From Botryllus schlosseri (taxonomy: Eukaryota): a stretch of DNA of 64,000 nucleotides. The notes beneath the pieces were generated by a model. The model saw only the letters and a program-made list of their open reading frames with translations. It was not told where the DNA came from and searched no databases. Below are positions 13,052 through 26,783 of this stretch, in pieces (the stretch's first letter is position 1; each line of letters opens with the position of its first letter). The stretch spans positions 17,920,001-17,984,000 of the forward strand of contig CM119371.1 of the NCBI GenBank assembly GCA_051294905.1, read 5' to 3'. The position numbers and the translations under genes were made by a program.

Positions 13052-13912
13052 CAAATATGCCTCGCGTCGATTATTTATAACAAGCTGGCACCGCGTCCTG
13101 CGACCAAACCCCTTTTTTGCATTTAATTTTAGCGAATGAACAACGTAATTCGCTTTTAGACCGTCCTACGTCGCTTTGTTGACCATAATATTCTGTCAAC
13201 ACGACAAAAAATGTAATTTCGCAATAAGGGTCCAAACAAAATCGTGGTCTGAAGAGTCAGACATGGGTTTGCTATGGTTTCTTCAATACAGGCTGAATAC
13301 CTGATAAATCACCGGCGCTTCAAGCTAGCTTCCAAATGCACGGCAGGGCTTATGATTGTTGATTTGAATTATGACATGATACTGGTGAAAAGAATTCTCT
13401 GAGCCGGATACAGGTTGGTTTATAACGGCAAGGCTGTTCTCATTGTGTTCGAGTTTCGACGTGTTCCTGTTGAAGTGGGGGCGGAGGTTCAATTGGTGCG
13501 CTCACTTTGCACGCGATGCTCCAGAGGTCCGATACCTTTTTCGCAAAAGAGCCATATTGGTCTTATTTTTTCAATGGTAGTTGAGAGCCATACAGCGATG
13601 TCCACCAACTGCTACGTCACCATATCGAAGTTCACTTCATGGGGTCGTTATGTAATGTTGTAACAGCCGCCTTAGTGAAGCCGGTAGCCGCGCATCATTA
13701 GAGTATGACGTAGAATGAGAAGCGGTTGTTGAGCTACAGGGGTCGGGAACCTTTTGCTAGCTACCTAATTGTATTACCGTGCTAATTTATCAGAGAGTCA
13801 TATCATCAACGGAGTCATATATGGATCGCCAGCCATTGTTTACCATCCCTGCAATACGCTATAATGGTGGGAATTAACGAAATACACGACATTCGTTTAC
13901 AGTGTATTCTAC

Positions 13913-14125
13913 CTTTTTGGTGGCATTTTCTGCCTTTTCTAGTGCATTCTCGTATTCTCTTCCGTACAGGAATTCATACGCATCATCATCTTCTGGCAGC
14001 ACACCCGGCCTATAGACCATATCATTCTGCATTATGATCTCTTGCGAAGTGTTGTAGATAAATTGGACAAACAGACTTGCGATACATAGGCAAATCACTA
14101 AGAGAAGCCATCGATATTCTTTCAT
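13913..14125 (-). CDS. GT10 alpha-1,3/4-fucosyltransferase copy 1, coding exon 1 (type II membrane anchor and stem)
   Basis: MKEYRWLLLVICLCIASLFVQFIY...ENATKK is a short basic N-terminus followed by a hydrophobic anchor. Donor AAG|GTAGAA at 13912, phase 0, matches exon 2. Confidence 0.8.
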
Positions 14126-14210
14126 AGTATTCGATATAGTAATTCTGCGAAAGTCTTAGTGTTAGCGAATCCGCATTTGACAGTGTCTGGCAAACGTTTC
14201 AGCTCTAGGG

Positions 14211-14529
14211 CAGTGGTTCTCAACCTTTTTTCAGACACGTCCCCCTTTATGATAGTGAAAAATTTCGCGCCCCCCTTATCGTCATATCACAAAATCCAAC
14301 CGAGATGCTAGCAACCCCAACATATTGATTGATGGCATGGGAGGTTATGACTGTTGATGAAATAAATAAAAAATATGAAATTCGGTCAATATATAAAGAA
14401 ACACGCATGAATTGGAGAGGTAAATCGCGCAGAGCAAGAATTTTTTTTCAGTTGACCACTTCTTCGCGCCCCCTTAAGATGCTTTCACGCCCACCAAGGG
14501 GTGCGCGCCCCCCAGTTTGAGAACCACTG
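14211..14529. mobile_element. hAT MITE just upstream of the fucosyltransferase ATG
   Basis: TIR CAGTGGTTCTCAA; TSD CTCTAGGG. Confidence 0.85.
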
Positions 14530-16056
14530 CTCTAGGGGCTGCATACAATATTTCAATCCATTACGGCGCCGCACTACAGTAAACTTGAGATTATAAGACA
14601 AAACATAATCTTTTATATGTTTGTATAGTGACAGTGGACATGGAGTATACACTTAAAATACATCAAATATGGACTTGATGACAACGTACACCACGCGTCA
14701 CAAACATTAACGGGAATTTATAGGCTGGTCACTCTCATTAAGCAATTTGTCAAAATTCTGAATGATAGTAGGTTGCGCCGATTCTAAGAACAGGGGGAAA
14801 TTTCAATCCATGAGCAGCGATCCACTCATAGATTTACTGACTCAACTTTTCGTACTGTAAGATAGATAATGTAGACAGCTTTATAGCCATATGTTGCCTT
14901 CAAATACGCGTCAGCAAATAGCTTACTGAGCTACTGTGTAGAACTTGCCTTCTTCGCGTTCTTTTGTGAGTACGACATCAACATAATTTACTGATGTCTC
15001 AGAGATTTTATTAATTCGGTTACTTTATTGAGCAGCTAATCATTTGATAAATTGTGCCTATAGTAGGATGTCCGGAGACGGTGGTGTTTCAAATTGCGGC
15101 AACGGATTCATTTTAAGACAAATCATGCATTTCGCATTACCTCCACACGCCAAAACAGAAACACTTTTTATGTCGTTTCTTTTTTGAATGCAACGCATTC
15201 ATCTTCAACTCTTCGCTGTTTAGATTGCTTTGAACAACTTACTATGAATGAGTTGTGATCGAAGGTATGAAAGACTAGTAGCTAGCTGCATATCTATAGA
15301 GGACGAATCTATACCAAACCCACGCATGAAACAGATTTTTCAAGTACACAACTGAAGTTAATGATCTTGCAGGAGTGGCCAGTATAAAACTACACATTTA
15401 GGCACATTAAAATTAGGATGCTTAGCAACCGAAACCTTTCAAAATACGTGGGTTAAAATGGCATTGTAAGAATGTGATGATTACTGAAGACACTTGCTGT
15501 CAGGTGCTTGTTACTGTATTGGTTTACTTCGCTGTGTGGATTCTGTTCGTTCCACAGTTGCGTATGTCTGTGCTTGTCTGCTTATAGTTGATCGTATAGC
15601 CTAATTTTTGTTCATAAAATCCTAGAAATCGAACGTGTAGATTCGTACTTTGTTTGTTTTGGGGTATTCATGGTGTTTGTCGACTACTACGATCATTTAC
15701 ACCAGGCCGATATTCTTCTTATTTTCCGTAACTGCCGACTTATAGCACGGCCCACTTGTAGGCTTTTTGTAAGACACCGCTGACGGGGATGAGGTGGCGA
15801 GGAGGAGCCTAGGTAAACCTCCAACACTTAGGTATCAGAATTCGGAAGTCGACCTGTTTTCCTTGAAGGGTCACTAAAACTTTATCAGGTAGGCCTACTA
15901 TTGACACCAGCGACTTTCGAATGACTTTTTCTCAAGAGAAGTAGGCCTACAGTGCCGGCATAAAAATCTTTACATTTAGTTGGCTATATTACTGCAGACG
16001 TACATAAGGCCGAAGATGTGCGATATGTCTAATTGCCGGTCTGCATTCATCTGACT

Positions 16057-16089
<33 letters not shown>
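16057..16089. repeat. (GACA)n microsatellite
   Basis: About 8 tandem GACA units. Confidence 0.9.
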
Positions 16090-16090
<1 letters not shown>

Positions 16091-17314
16091 AGTTTATTTC
16101 CAGGTGCTACCTGGAATTAGATTGCGCATTTTCGGACATGAATAATTGCCCCTCGAAAAAGTCATGCGGATGGCGGACTCTCTTGAACAACAACTTTCTC
16201 GTCCTGTGAAATAAAGTCTGATACTGCTAACGTGGTTTCCCTAAATAAGGAAGTGATCCACACTCATAGGATCATTCTGAATGACTGAATCATTTCACTC
16301 GGGAATCTGGATCGTTTACAATACATGACAGGTTTTGCGGAAGGAAGATATAAATATGATGCGATGGCTGTATCAAATGAACAGGAAATTCGTTTACTTT
16401 GAAGCCTGTTCGTTGTTCATTAATATGCCACGATTACGCTGCCTACGTACCTGGCATGCGTAATTCAGATTCATAATAAATGCAATGTGGCAAAGTGTGA
16501 ATAGTAATTGAAGTCACTAGAAAACACTATTTCCATATAGCTTCCATATAGTTCAAACCTTCCTTGTTGACATTGTCACATTACGCATTATACGGTATGT
16601 GTTTCAATTTGTGACGTGATATGTTTCCAAATCCCTACTTCGTAAAACAAGTCCATCAGTGCTCGCGATTACTATACGACTCATCATATCTATCACGCAT
16701 AAAGGATTAACGGGCATGCCAAAAAAAAGCCGAAAACTGAAATTCAAAGAAGGGTTAGTATTAGAATTTAGAGCGCTAAATATTTCCATATACTGGAGTC
16801 AAGGGTAAACCCATCCTTTCATTTTTCGGCGATCATGTCGCCGAGAATAGGGATTTTAATTAAAGTAGGTCTTATGACAAAAGCACGAAACACTCGGTCA
16901 CGGGTGGGCCAAGTTCCGAAAAACAGCAAGTTTCACTCAACATAAAGGCTCTTTAACCTGCACACTTCTCGGAAGGCAGCGACCAAGAAAATAAGCTTTG
17001 TACTATTGCATGTAGGCCTACATTTCAGCGTAGGTGGTTATCGAACTGGGAGACGTGAAAGCATCGGAAGGGTAGCGCGAAGCCGAAGTTTGTTGAAAAT
17101 TTTTTCGCGCTCTGCGCGATATAACCCCAGCTTATATTCTCTCGTCAACAGCCATAATCTTGCATACTATCACACTATCCGTTGGGAATGCAATCATTCT
17201 GGTTGTACTTTTCAATATTTTGTGATATCGTGATAAGTGGGCGCGAAATTGTTCACTATCACGAAGGGACGCGAGCCTACAAAAGTTTAAGAACAACTGG
17301 TTTAGAGTCTTAAT

Positions 17315-18202
17315 CAGGGGTGGGCAATTATTTTCCTCCGCGGGCCAAATGAGAAGTAGAAAACACGTTGGCGGGCCGGGTGAATATTTTTTGCTATATT
17401 CCCAAGCATATTTTAATTTTATCTAATAATAACATTTTTAATAAATGCTGCTCAGTGAATTTGTTTAATGTTGATGTTTGGTAATGAGAAAGTGACGTTT
17501 AATTTAAAAGAAATGTATTTGCCGTCACGAAAAAAATTTCAATAATTTTCGGCTTCGCGCCCCCCCCCCCCTGCTGTCCCGCCTCCAGTTCGGAGAACCA
17601 CCGCACGGAAATGTATATGCAATGTATATGCAAATGTATATGCAAAGCTTATTTTCTTTGCCGTTGCCTTCCGAGCAGTGTGCAGCTTAAATAGCCTTGA
17701 TGTTGAGTGTTTCGTGCTTTTGGCATAAGACTGACTTTAAATAAAATCCTTAATCTCTGCGTGATGCTCGGCAAAAACTCAAAGGATGGGTTTACCCCTG
17801 ACTCCAGTCTAAAACGTATCACGTAACAATTTGTAACACATACCGTATAATGCGCAATGTGACAATGGCAACAAAGAAGGTTTAAACTAAACTATGTGGA
17901 AAGAGTGATTTCTTGTGACTTGAATTGCCACTCATACTTTGCCACATTGCCTTTATTTTGAATCTGGATTACGCATGCTAGATAGGCCTACGTGGTGCGA
18001 GGAACGCACGCAGCGTAATCGTGGCGTAATAATGAACAGACTTCAAAGTAAACGAGTTTCCTGTTCAGTCGATACAGTCGATGGTTTTAGTCATTCATAA
18101 AGCAAGTTTTATGTTTTGAATTCCAAGCAACCTTTCGCGGGCCGCACAAAATAGCATCGTGGGCCGCATTTGACCCGCAGGGCCGCACTTTGCCCAGGTC
18201 TG
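17315..18202. mobile_element. hAT non-autonomous element inserted inside an inverted older relative (about 16365-18480)
   Basis: CAGGGGTGGGCAA...TTGCCCAGGTCTG; TSD GTCTTAAT. Confidence 0.8.
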
Positions 18203-19578
18203 GTCTTAATAGAAGAACGTGGATATGGGTTCAAAGAGAGATAAAATGTATCATGTTTAACATTGTTTCGAATCATGACAGCTAATAGATATTTTTGTAA
18301 TTAACCTCCACTTTCTCATTACCTAATATCAACACATTCACCGAGCAGAATTTGTTACCAATGTAATTTAGAAATAAAATTAAAATACGCTGGATAATAT
18401 AGCTGAATTTTTTCACCCGGCCCGCCAACATGTTTATTTTTCTCATTTAGCCCGCGGAGGAAAATATTTGCACAACCCTGGTATAGGTAGTCGGCGAATG
18501 ATGCTTATTCAACCAATCAATGAATTGATATCGTCGTCTGATGTAAAAGATCTAGCAGGCGAACGGGGTAAATCTTGATTTCATAGGTTTATTGCATCAT
18601 AAAAACCAGATCCGTGCGATTTGGGGTGTGGGCTACTGCTGTATAACTTGTTAATGGGGTAATATCGGTAGCAAGTACAGAAACCCGTTTTACACTCTGC
18701 TCCATATCGACGTAGCAATACACGGACGCCGAATACATTGTCCGCTCTGGCCTAGACCGTTAAGATGCAGGCTTGTATTGCGCTGCAATCCGCTTCGAAG
18801 TTGTGGGCAAAGCGACGGAAGATATTGATTTTATGGGAATATTATATCATTTGATTGCCCAGTTGATACATTTGTTGACGTTGAAAACGTCAATATGTAC
18901 TTAAACATTGTGGTATTTTGTGGCCCGAGTCATCGCTAGGTTTCGTGTACATTAACATAGGCTAACACTGTACTGAAATGCAGGGTTGAAATTAGCAATA
19001 TGACGTGACGTCATGAGGTTCACGTTCGCGTTCGCACAGAACCTTTCAAAAAGGGTCTCGTTCACACGGACCTGAACCTTTCAGAGGTTCACACCATCCC
19101 TAATAGTAACGTTTACAATGCATTAAACAGAAAAGCCTTAGCAAACGTTTTACATTGCAGTAATTAGTACTGCAGGCTAATACCGACGTGTCTTAGCCAT
19201 GAGTTATTAGATTTATAGATACCGATGAAGCCGATACAGATTAAACAGATGAAATAATCAATACTCCCGGTCAAACAATCGCAGATTATTCTTCTCAAAC
19301 TCCCTACACCATGTTTTGACGTCACGAAAATTGCCGATATTCTTTATCTCAATGGCCGAGACCGACATCTTTTGCAAAGGGGTGATATCAACTCGATATT
19401 ATCGGCGAACCGATAATGATCTGTCGGACTAAGTCAGATCATTCTTCTCACCCAAATATTTTTATCCTGATACTACGCCTCTGCAGATCCCTAAAACACA
19501 GCACATATGTTGTATAAGAGATGATGTCGAATCTTTGATTTATCGCCGTTTACGACCAGTAGTATGGGAAGCCGTATC

Positions 19579-20897
19579 CAGAGGTGGTCAAAGTAGTCAA
19601 GAAAGCTACTCAAGTAGAAGTAGAAGTAGCCAGGATAAAATTTACTCAAGTACAAGTAGAAGTACTTCTTGAATAGGCCACCTAAAACTACTTGAAGTAG
19701 AAGTAGAATTGACTGACTTCAAATCTACTCAATTAAGTAAGTAGTTTTGAACGAAATTCACTTATGGACATTGAAAGTCATAGAAGTTCCAACCAATTGA
19801 ACTGCGGTACAATTCGTGTATTCTGTGTCCCAAAGTTGAACTTGGAAGCAAAGGCATACCACGAGTTGGTTGATATTGAACCTTATCAACAACTTCCTCC
19901 AGCGATTGAGCACTTGAGTGATGCAGAGTTCGAAGAATACCGCGAGAAGCCTCTGATTTTGTTTTATCCATGCCACAATCAAACAGTGGAACGACATGTA
20001 AAGCTCGTAACATAAGCATCAGCACAAGTTTCGGGATTTGAAAGACGAGATGGCCTCATTCAAATTAAGTCTCGTAAACTGATATAAAAATTTGACACTA
20101 AAATGCATTTTCAATAAGTCGTTAAATGTGAGTGTTTCATTATGATGTTTTGAACCGATTTTAAAAGGTCTGTGTTTTGAATATATTTGTATTATGGGCC
20201 CAATATTCGGTATTGTCAGTGTGTTCCTTTTCTTTTCAAAAAAACTGATGACAGATCACAATTCGTCAGAATAAATGCCGAATTTCAACAAAAATGCGCG
20301 TATATATTGTTTTTTGGCTATAACTCATTTTGTGTTCACAATAGAGAAAACTTTCTTCTTAAGACAGATAGAATCATGATGTTTCCGCAGATTTTGAGCT
20401 ATATATCATGACTCTACGACCAGCGGTTGCCGAGATGGGCCATATTGCCCCCCACGCGCAGAAATTGGGGGGTTGTCGGCAAAAAAATAGGGGTAATTCC
20501 CTGAACTCACATTTTATTGAAGTTTTAGGTCATTTATCAGGATTGAGGAAGCCCATTTTTCGATTTAAAAAAAAGTCATTTTCACTCCACCGGAATAACT
20601 ATTGTGCGCGAAGCGCAACAAAATTTCTGGGCTTTACTTGACTTTGATGAATATTAAATGTTGGTACGCCGTGAAAACAGCCCCGAAATTCCTCAGGCTA
20701 TCTTTCGTATTGGGGGATTAAACTACTTCTACTTGACAAACTGAAAATAGCGTAAAGTAAGTAAGTAGATTACAAAATAATACGAAGTAGAAGTAGAAGT
20801 AGAGAAAATCAGATCTAATTGAGTATGTACCAGAAGTAGAGGAAAACTACTTGAGTACTTCCAAAAAGTAGAAGTACTTCGTTACTGACCACCTCTG
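19579..20897 (+). mobile_element. hAT-type element with AGTAGA-rich ends carrying a transposase C-terminal fragment (19764 to about 20117)
   Basis: TIR CAGAGGTGGTCA; TSD GCCGTATC; internal PCHNQTVERHVKLVT*ASAQVSGFERRDGLI. Confidence 0.8.
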
Positions 20898-22149
20898 GCC
20901 GTATCTCAACGTATCAGATTCCATATCACGGTTAGGATTTAGGCTATTGAAGCAGGAAAATTTCAGGAGATGCAGATATGTGCATCGGGACTATGAATGC
21001 GGACGTCGCATCGGGGAAGTGCAGCAATGAAGAAGTCCGTGCCTGAAATTCCGCAAGTTATTAAGAAGAGATGACGAGCGATGACGCGTGGCATCGATAC
21101 TGCAGATATATACATACCAATGTGGGTGGTTCGTGAAAATTCTCTAGTCTAGTTGTAGTCTGAATCAGAGATGAGCATGGATTACGATTTGGGAACACTG
21201 GATTTGTGAAATGTTGGCGGGTTTTGTTCGGATAAGGATTTGAGATTATTTTATAAATGACTCAGGATTAGGATTGGATTTACCAATTTTCGGAAGATTG
21301 ATGTCCTGTGGCGAATGGTGACAAAGTTTTCGTCCTACCTAAGTTACTTCTGGCATTTGAGCACTCAAAAGCGTATTATTCATTTTACATAATCATAGGC
21401 ATAAGATGTAGGCTTTTTAAGTGGAATTCTAAGTTTGAATCGGATTGGGAATTGGGATTAGAGTTGAAAGCTTCGGATTTGGATTGTATTAGGTCAGGAC
21501 ATATCAAATCCGCTAATTTCCGGTCTGAATGAAGTTGCTTCCTGAAAATAATGGCTGATCCCATATTTATATTAACACTCTCGTCTTTGATTGGAAACCA
21601 CATCTTGTTTAGAGAGCAAAACCATTTTAAAATTAATTTCTGTAACTGTCACACAATGATATATATACAATGATTGGAAATTACCGTGAGCTCTGCGTTT
21701 CAGCGTGTACCAGGTCGCGCTTCATCGCATACACAGTTGTACTGTAAACAAAAGCTTCCTCAGCAATACTTCTTTATGGAACTAGCAATGATAAATGATA
21801 CATTGGGTATATTTATCAGTGAAATACAACGTTAACGTGTTGAATAGTTTTAGAAACGCATTTCTTACTCGCGGCTGGGATTTTTTTCTGATTAAGCTAG
21901 CGGACTACTGCCATATAAACGCGGTCAAGTTAGGTTGAATTTCGCGCGTCCTGCACGTATTGCAAATCCAATTCACACATTGACGACTCACGGTTATACG
22001 CAATCACAATGCAGTAGCCTTGTGACGGCCAACGCGGCGTACATTCACACAGCCGCGGACGTTCAACCACTGTTGCAAGTGACACAACTTTAATTTCAAA
22101 TTGAGGTGTCACTTTTCCATCATATTGGTACATCAATAACATCATATAT

Positions 22150-24370
22150 AAATAAATATCAAGTGGAGGTAGTTTTTAGAGAAGTAATTCTAGTTTTTCT
22201 GAGTACTCGAGTAGGTTTGCCTACTTCCTCGGGTAATTGCTGTGCTTCCATACCACTCACCAAACAACAGCATCACAACTTGGTTTTTGCCAGGGTTATC
22301 TAGATATCCCTGGGTTTTGAATGTATTTGAAAATAGCACCCACATATTCATTGGGTGGTCATTTTGTGGTAGTCATAAAAGCTTCACCCTCCAAAGTCAA
22401 AAGTGACTATTTCCAACTAACTGCGAAAGTCACAGATTTCTATTTTCGCTACTTCTATTTGAACCTGAGTAAATCATTGCAGCAATACTTCAGTAGCAAC
22501 GCTGTATACATCAATCGTCTATGACAAATTGTCGCCTATCCATGATCATTCCACAAAATCCAGGTCGACTTTTCAGGATCCCATCATGTTATGCAAAGTA
22601 ATGAGGAATGATAAAACAAGATACATATACTTAACAGATGTAACATTTACGAATGCAGTACTGAATTTTCAAATCCCTAATTCATGCATATATAAACGAA
22701 ATGATGCATGCATTTGAAAAACAAACATTAATATGCAACGGAACAGAAATAGATCGATTCAAAAGTAACAATGTGGACAACAAAAACAGTTCATGCGTGA
22801 TCTTTTAAGCAATAACAGTGCTAGATATCAATTTTTTTCATCTTCAACTTGAGAAAATTTCCTTCCAAAATGCAATAGTACACTCGCTTTCGTTATCTCA
22901 AAAGTGGCCAATTACGACCTGAATGATGCCTTATCTACTCGTGATGAAATATCCTGCCTTGTTTAGATGTTAACTTGCTCTTGCCCGAATCATTGGTAGG
23001 AAGGGGAACATTTTCTGTAACTGTATATGATATCAAGGTTAAAAGAGCCAGGAGGAGATAACGATGAATTGAATACTAAAACCTTCAATAAATGTCAGTA
23101 TGTCCACACACGTTGGGGCAGGAACTGTAAGCATTTCCCCTGAGCCTACATATGACATTCCTTTAGTGCGTGATAATACCAGCATATTTTGAACTATAAT
23201 TGTCACAGATGTGATTCCCTGGCAAACACAGATTATTCCAGCAATAGTGGCTTTCCCGCATCAATCGATCCGATGGCAGTTCCAGACTGGGAACGAATTG
23301 CACATTTTTCAATATCCTTCAACTTGTTTTAGTATGCAGCCCGTTCTTACTTGCACCCAGTTGGAGGCGGTGTCTGCGTGTTTCATACGAGCACTCTTTT
23401 CTGGTAAATTCAAGGTTGGAATTGTTCAATATACGCCCTGTCAACAAATACATTATAAGACATTAGATACGAAAGTCGTTTTGTCAGTTTTGCCAGTCAA
23501 CCATACCATTGGATCAAAATAAATAGTCATTTATGGTAACAAGTAACTTCTCAACTAACACGTGTGTGTACAATGTACACATTTAGACAAATCTTGCCGG
23601 CTTTCCTGCGAGCTTCTTTCAGGCCCAATATCGTTTTTTAACAATAATCTACACAGCACAAGAAGTCATGGATACGCAGTATTCCAAACATTTTCCGAAT
23701 TTTGAACAACCCTAGTGTACATGTAAAATCAGTGCAAATATATTCCAGTGTAAGATTTTTACAGAGCGGTGTTATATTGCTTGAAGAATAACTTACATCA
23801 AACGGAACATCATGCTGACTACCGGACACCAGTATTATTGCTGCATTATTTCACTCATGCACTTTGTTCTTCGAAATGCCAATTTTCCTTTTCAATGATG
23901 ATTTAAGAGAAGCGAAGAGGTTCCATTCCCCTGACCCGGGAAAAAGTTATAAAGTAGCCTGGTTGCTTTCTATTAGAATGGGTCTCATCGACTTCTAAGG
24001 TTGGCCACCCACCAGCAACAAGATCACTCATATAAGTATCTGAATCAGTAATAATTTTTTAAGCTTTTTCCGCTCATGTACAAATGCAAAAACATAAACA
24101 GCTAGTCAGTACCTGAACATTGCGCATTGGCGGAAGTTTGATTAGACCTTAGTATGTAGTACTGTCTCACTATGCTCGCAAAACTTGTTTGCAATCAACC
24201 AACAAACGAGAAAACAGTGAAATATCTGCCAGCAAAGGTGATAGCAGCACTCCACCACAGTCAACATTACTCAATGAAGTGTATGCAGTCAACCTTATCC
24301 GCGCACACGCTGATTTCGGCGGGAGTAAACCTTACAGCGTTAGGGGGCATGGCAGTTTCCAATCATTGTA
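22150..24370 (-). mobile_element. Highly decayed coding remnant, possibly a YqaJ-nuclease/SWIM ORF of a DNA transposon
   Basis: Minus-strand reading near 22420-22480 gives FTQVQIEVAKIEICDF, resembling the YqaJ Y.QVQ.Q.......CDF motif. Many stops; boundaries not resolved. Confidence 0.3.
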
Positions 24371-24373
24371 TAT

Positions 24374-26783
24374 TAGGGTTGTTCAGAATTGACCGACTTT
24401 CAAAAAGTCCAGGTTTTCAGTCCGATTCCCATGCCTTATACCTTAAAAACATATTCTAGCTACTTTCTTTTGTAACTCGTTCCCTGCATCCGTGTGCACA
24501 TTGAGCTGGAAGAATAGCAGCTGAAAATAGGGGATTCCCCTAAAATCTGAGTGTCACGATTTTACCTAGCCTAGTTAAAGTGACATATAACATGGATTTA
24601 TGCAGCTGTTGCGGTTTGGAGTGCTACAAAACCCCACTATATAAAGCATTCCTAGTTCAGGATATCATTTCCATGTCCCACACTGCCTTAGAACTGCTCA
24701 AAACTACCTAAAACTGATAGTCATTTTGTTGGATCACATATCCTACACCCCTCAAACCTACCTGGCCCTGTTCATCAATTTCCTGGATCCCCATGTGCAA
24801 TAATACAACTGTAAATGTAACATCCACTCACAGCCACATAATAAACATCACAGGAAACGAAAAATTGAGGCAAAGAAAGAGATCAACTTGGCAAAATATT
24901 ACATAAATCAGGTGGATGAAATGGTTGATTTCGAGAAATCTGCATATCTGTTCCGGTGATCTTCCAAAGCTTGTAGGAGGCTCGCTTGCTGTTTTTTGTC
25001 ATCCGTTATGAACGCAGCATAGTCGGTATTCAATTTTACCATACGCTCTGCTGCATCATTAACTACTTCAACAGTATTCACAAATTCTTGAGCAGTCACG
25101 AAATCCGGATCAGTATGCCATTCCGAAACTGGAAGACTCAACCAATCATATTCCACAAGTATAGCATCAAATAGAAACCACGATTCTAGCCCAATCAAAT
25201 CGACCATACTCATTGACTCAGAGACAGAGTCAGAGATCATACTGAGAGGCATAGGCTACCTCTGCGAAATTTTTCAGGGATTGGCATTTTCAGCAATTTA
25301 ACAGCCATCGCTTCCTTCAGTTTGTCAGGAATCTTTGGATTAGCCGAGAAGGTGGTAAATACCACCATTTCCTTAGTTAAATACCAATGATGTTTTCGCA
25401 ATTTCTTGTATGCCGCATCAGTTTTTCATGTCATGAAGGAATTTGAGATCATTCCAAGGTGCGTCACATGCAATACCAGTTTTCAACCAAGCTGGAACAT
25501 AAAACAAAGCAATGAATGTATTGATTCGTTCCAACTTTTCAATGAACTCTTCAGAATAGTCCATTTGCTCACTCCACATGAACATTTTTGACAGTACAGG
25601 ACTTGACTCAACATATTTGTCATCCAAAATCGCCAAGGTGCCTGTTGCACATTCTCTGTAGTCATCTCTTATCAAGGCTTCTTTCTGCTTTCCATCATTG
25701 GGTTTCATCAGTGGAATTGTATATTGCTTTGCTTCATCAGCTTTCATCGCCAACCAGCTGCCTTCAATAAACTTCAGCGTTTTATAGCTTCTTGATTTAT
25801 CAATATGTTTCCACTTCTTCTTGAAGGTACTAAAATCCGTGTTTTCGGGGCCTGTGGTTGTAGATCCAAACAAACACTTCCAAACCTCTCGAATGACCTG
25901 TTCATACATATGATGACGACAGGCATTGTAGAAAACTTTCCTGTTAATCAATTCTTCAAGTAACGGAACCGCACCTTTGTTTTTACCAGTGCTTGAGGAT
26001 GTTGTGTCAAACACAAGAGCTCTAACAGATTTTGTTAAATTCCAAAGTTCCAGCAGTTCAAATGATGCATCAGCCTGTGCTTTTCCTGTAGCACTTTAAT
26101 GATGCAGCAGAGCGTATGGTAAAATTGAATACCGACTATGCTGCGTTCATAACGGATGACAAAAAACAGCAAGCGAGCCTCCTACAAGCTTTGGAAGATC
26201 ACCGGAACAGATATGCAGATTTCTCGAAATCAACCATTTCATCCACCTGATTTATGTAATATTTTGCCAAGTTGATCTCTTTCTTTGCCTCAATTTTTCG
26301 TTTCCTGTGATGTTTATTATGTGGCTGTGAGTGGATGTTACATTTACAGTTGTATTATTGCACATGGGGATCCAGGAAATTGATGAACAGGGCCGGGTAG
26401 GTTTGAGGGGTGTAGGATATGTGATCCAACAAAATGACTATCAGTTTTAGGTAGTTTTGAGCAGTTCTAAGGCAGTGTGGGACATGGAAATGATATCCTG
26501 AACTAGGAATGCTTTATATAGTGGGGTTTTGTAGCACTCCAAACCGCAACAGCTGCATAAATCCATGTTATATGTCACTTTAACTAGGCTAGGTAAAATC
26601 GTGACACTCAGATTTTAGGGGAATCCCCTATTTTCAGCTGCTATTCTTCAGCTCAATGTGCACACGGATGCAGGGAACGAGTTACAAAAGAAAGTAGCTA
26701 GAATATGTTTTTAAGGTATAAGGCATGGGAATCGGACTGAAAACCTGGACTTTTTGAAAGTCGGTCAATTCTGAACAACCCTA
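24374..26783 (-). mobile_element. hAT-superfamily (hATm-like) element with ~690-bp inverted arms and a truncated transposase
   Basis: Ends TAGGGTTGTTCAG...CTGAACAACCCTA; 8-bp TSD TTGTATAT (24366-24373, 26784-26791). Transposase motifs FDTTSSSTG, ACRHH, HWYLTKE, VVNDAAERMVKL. Confidence 0.88.
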
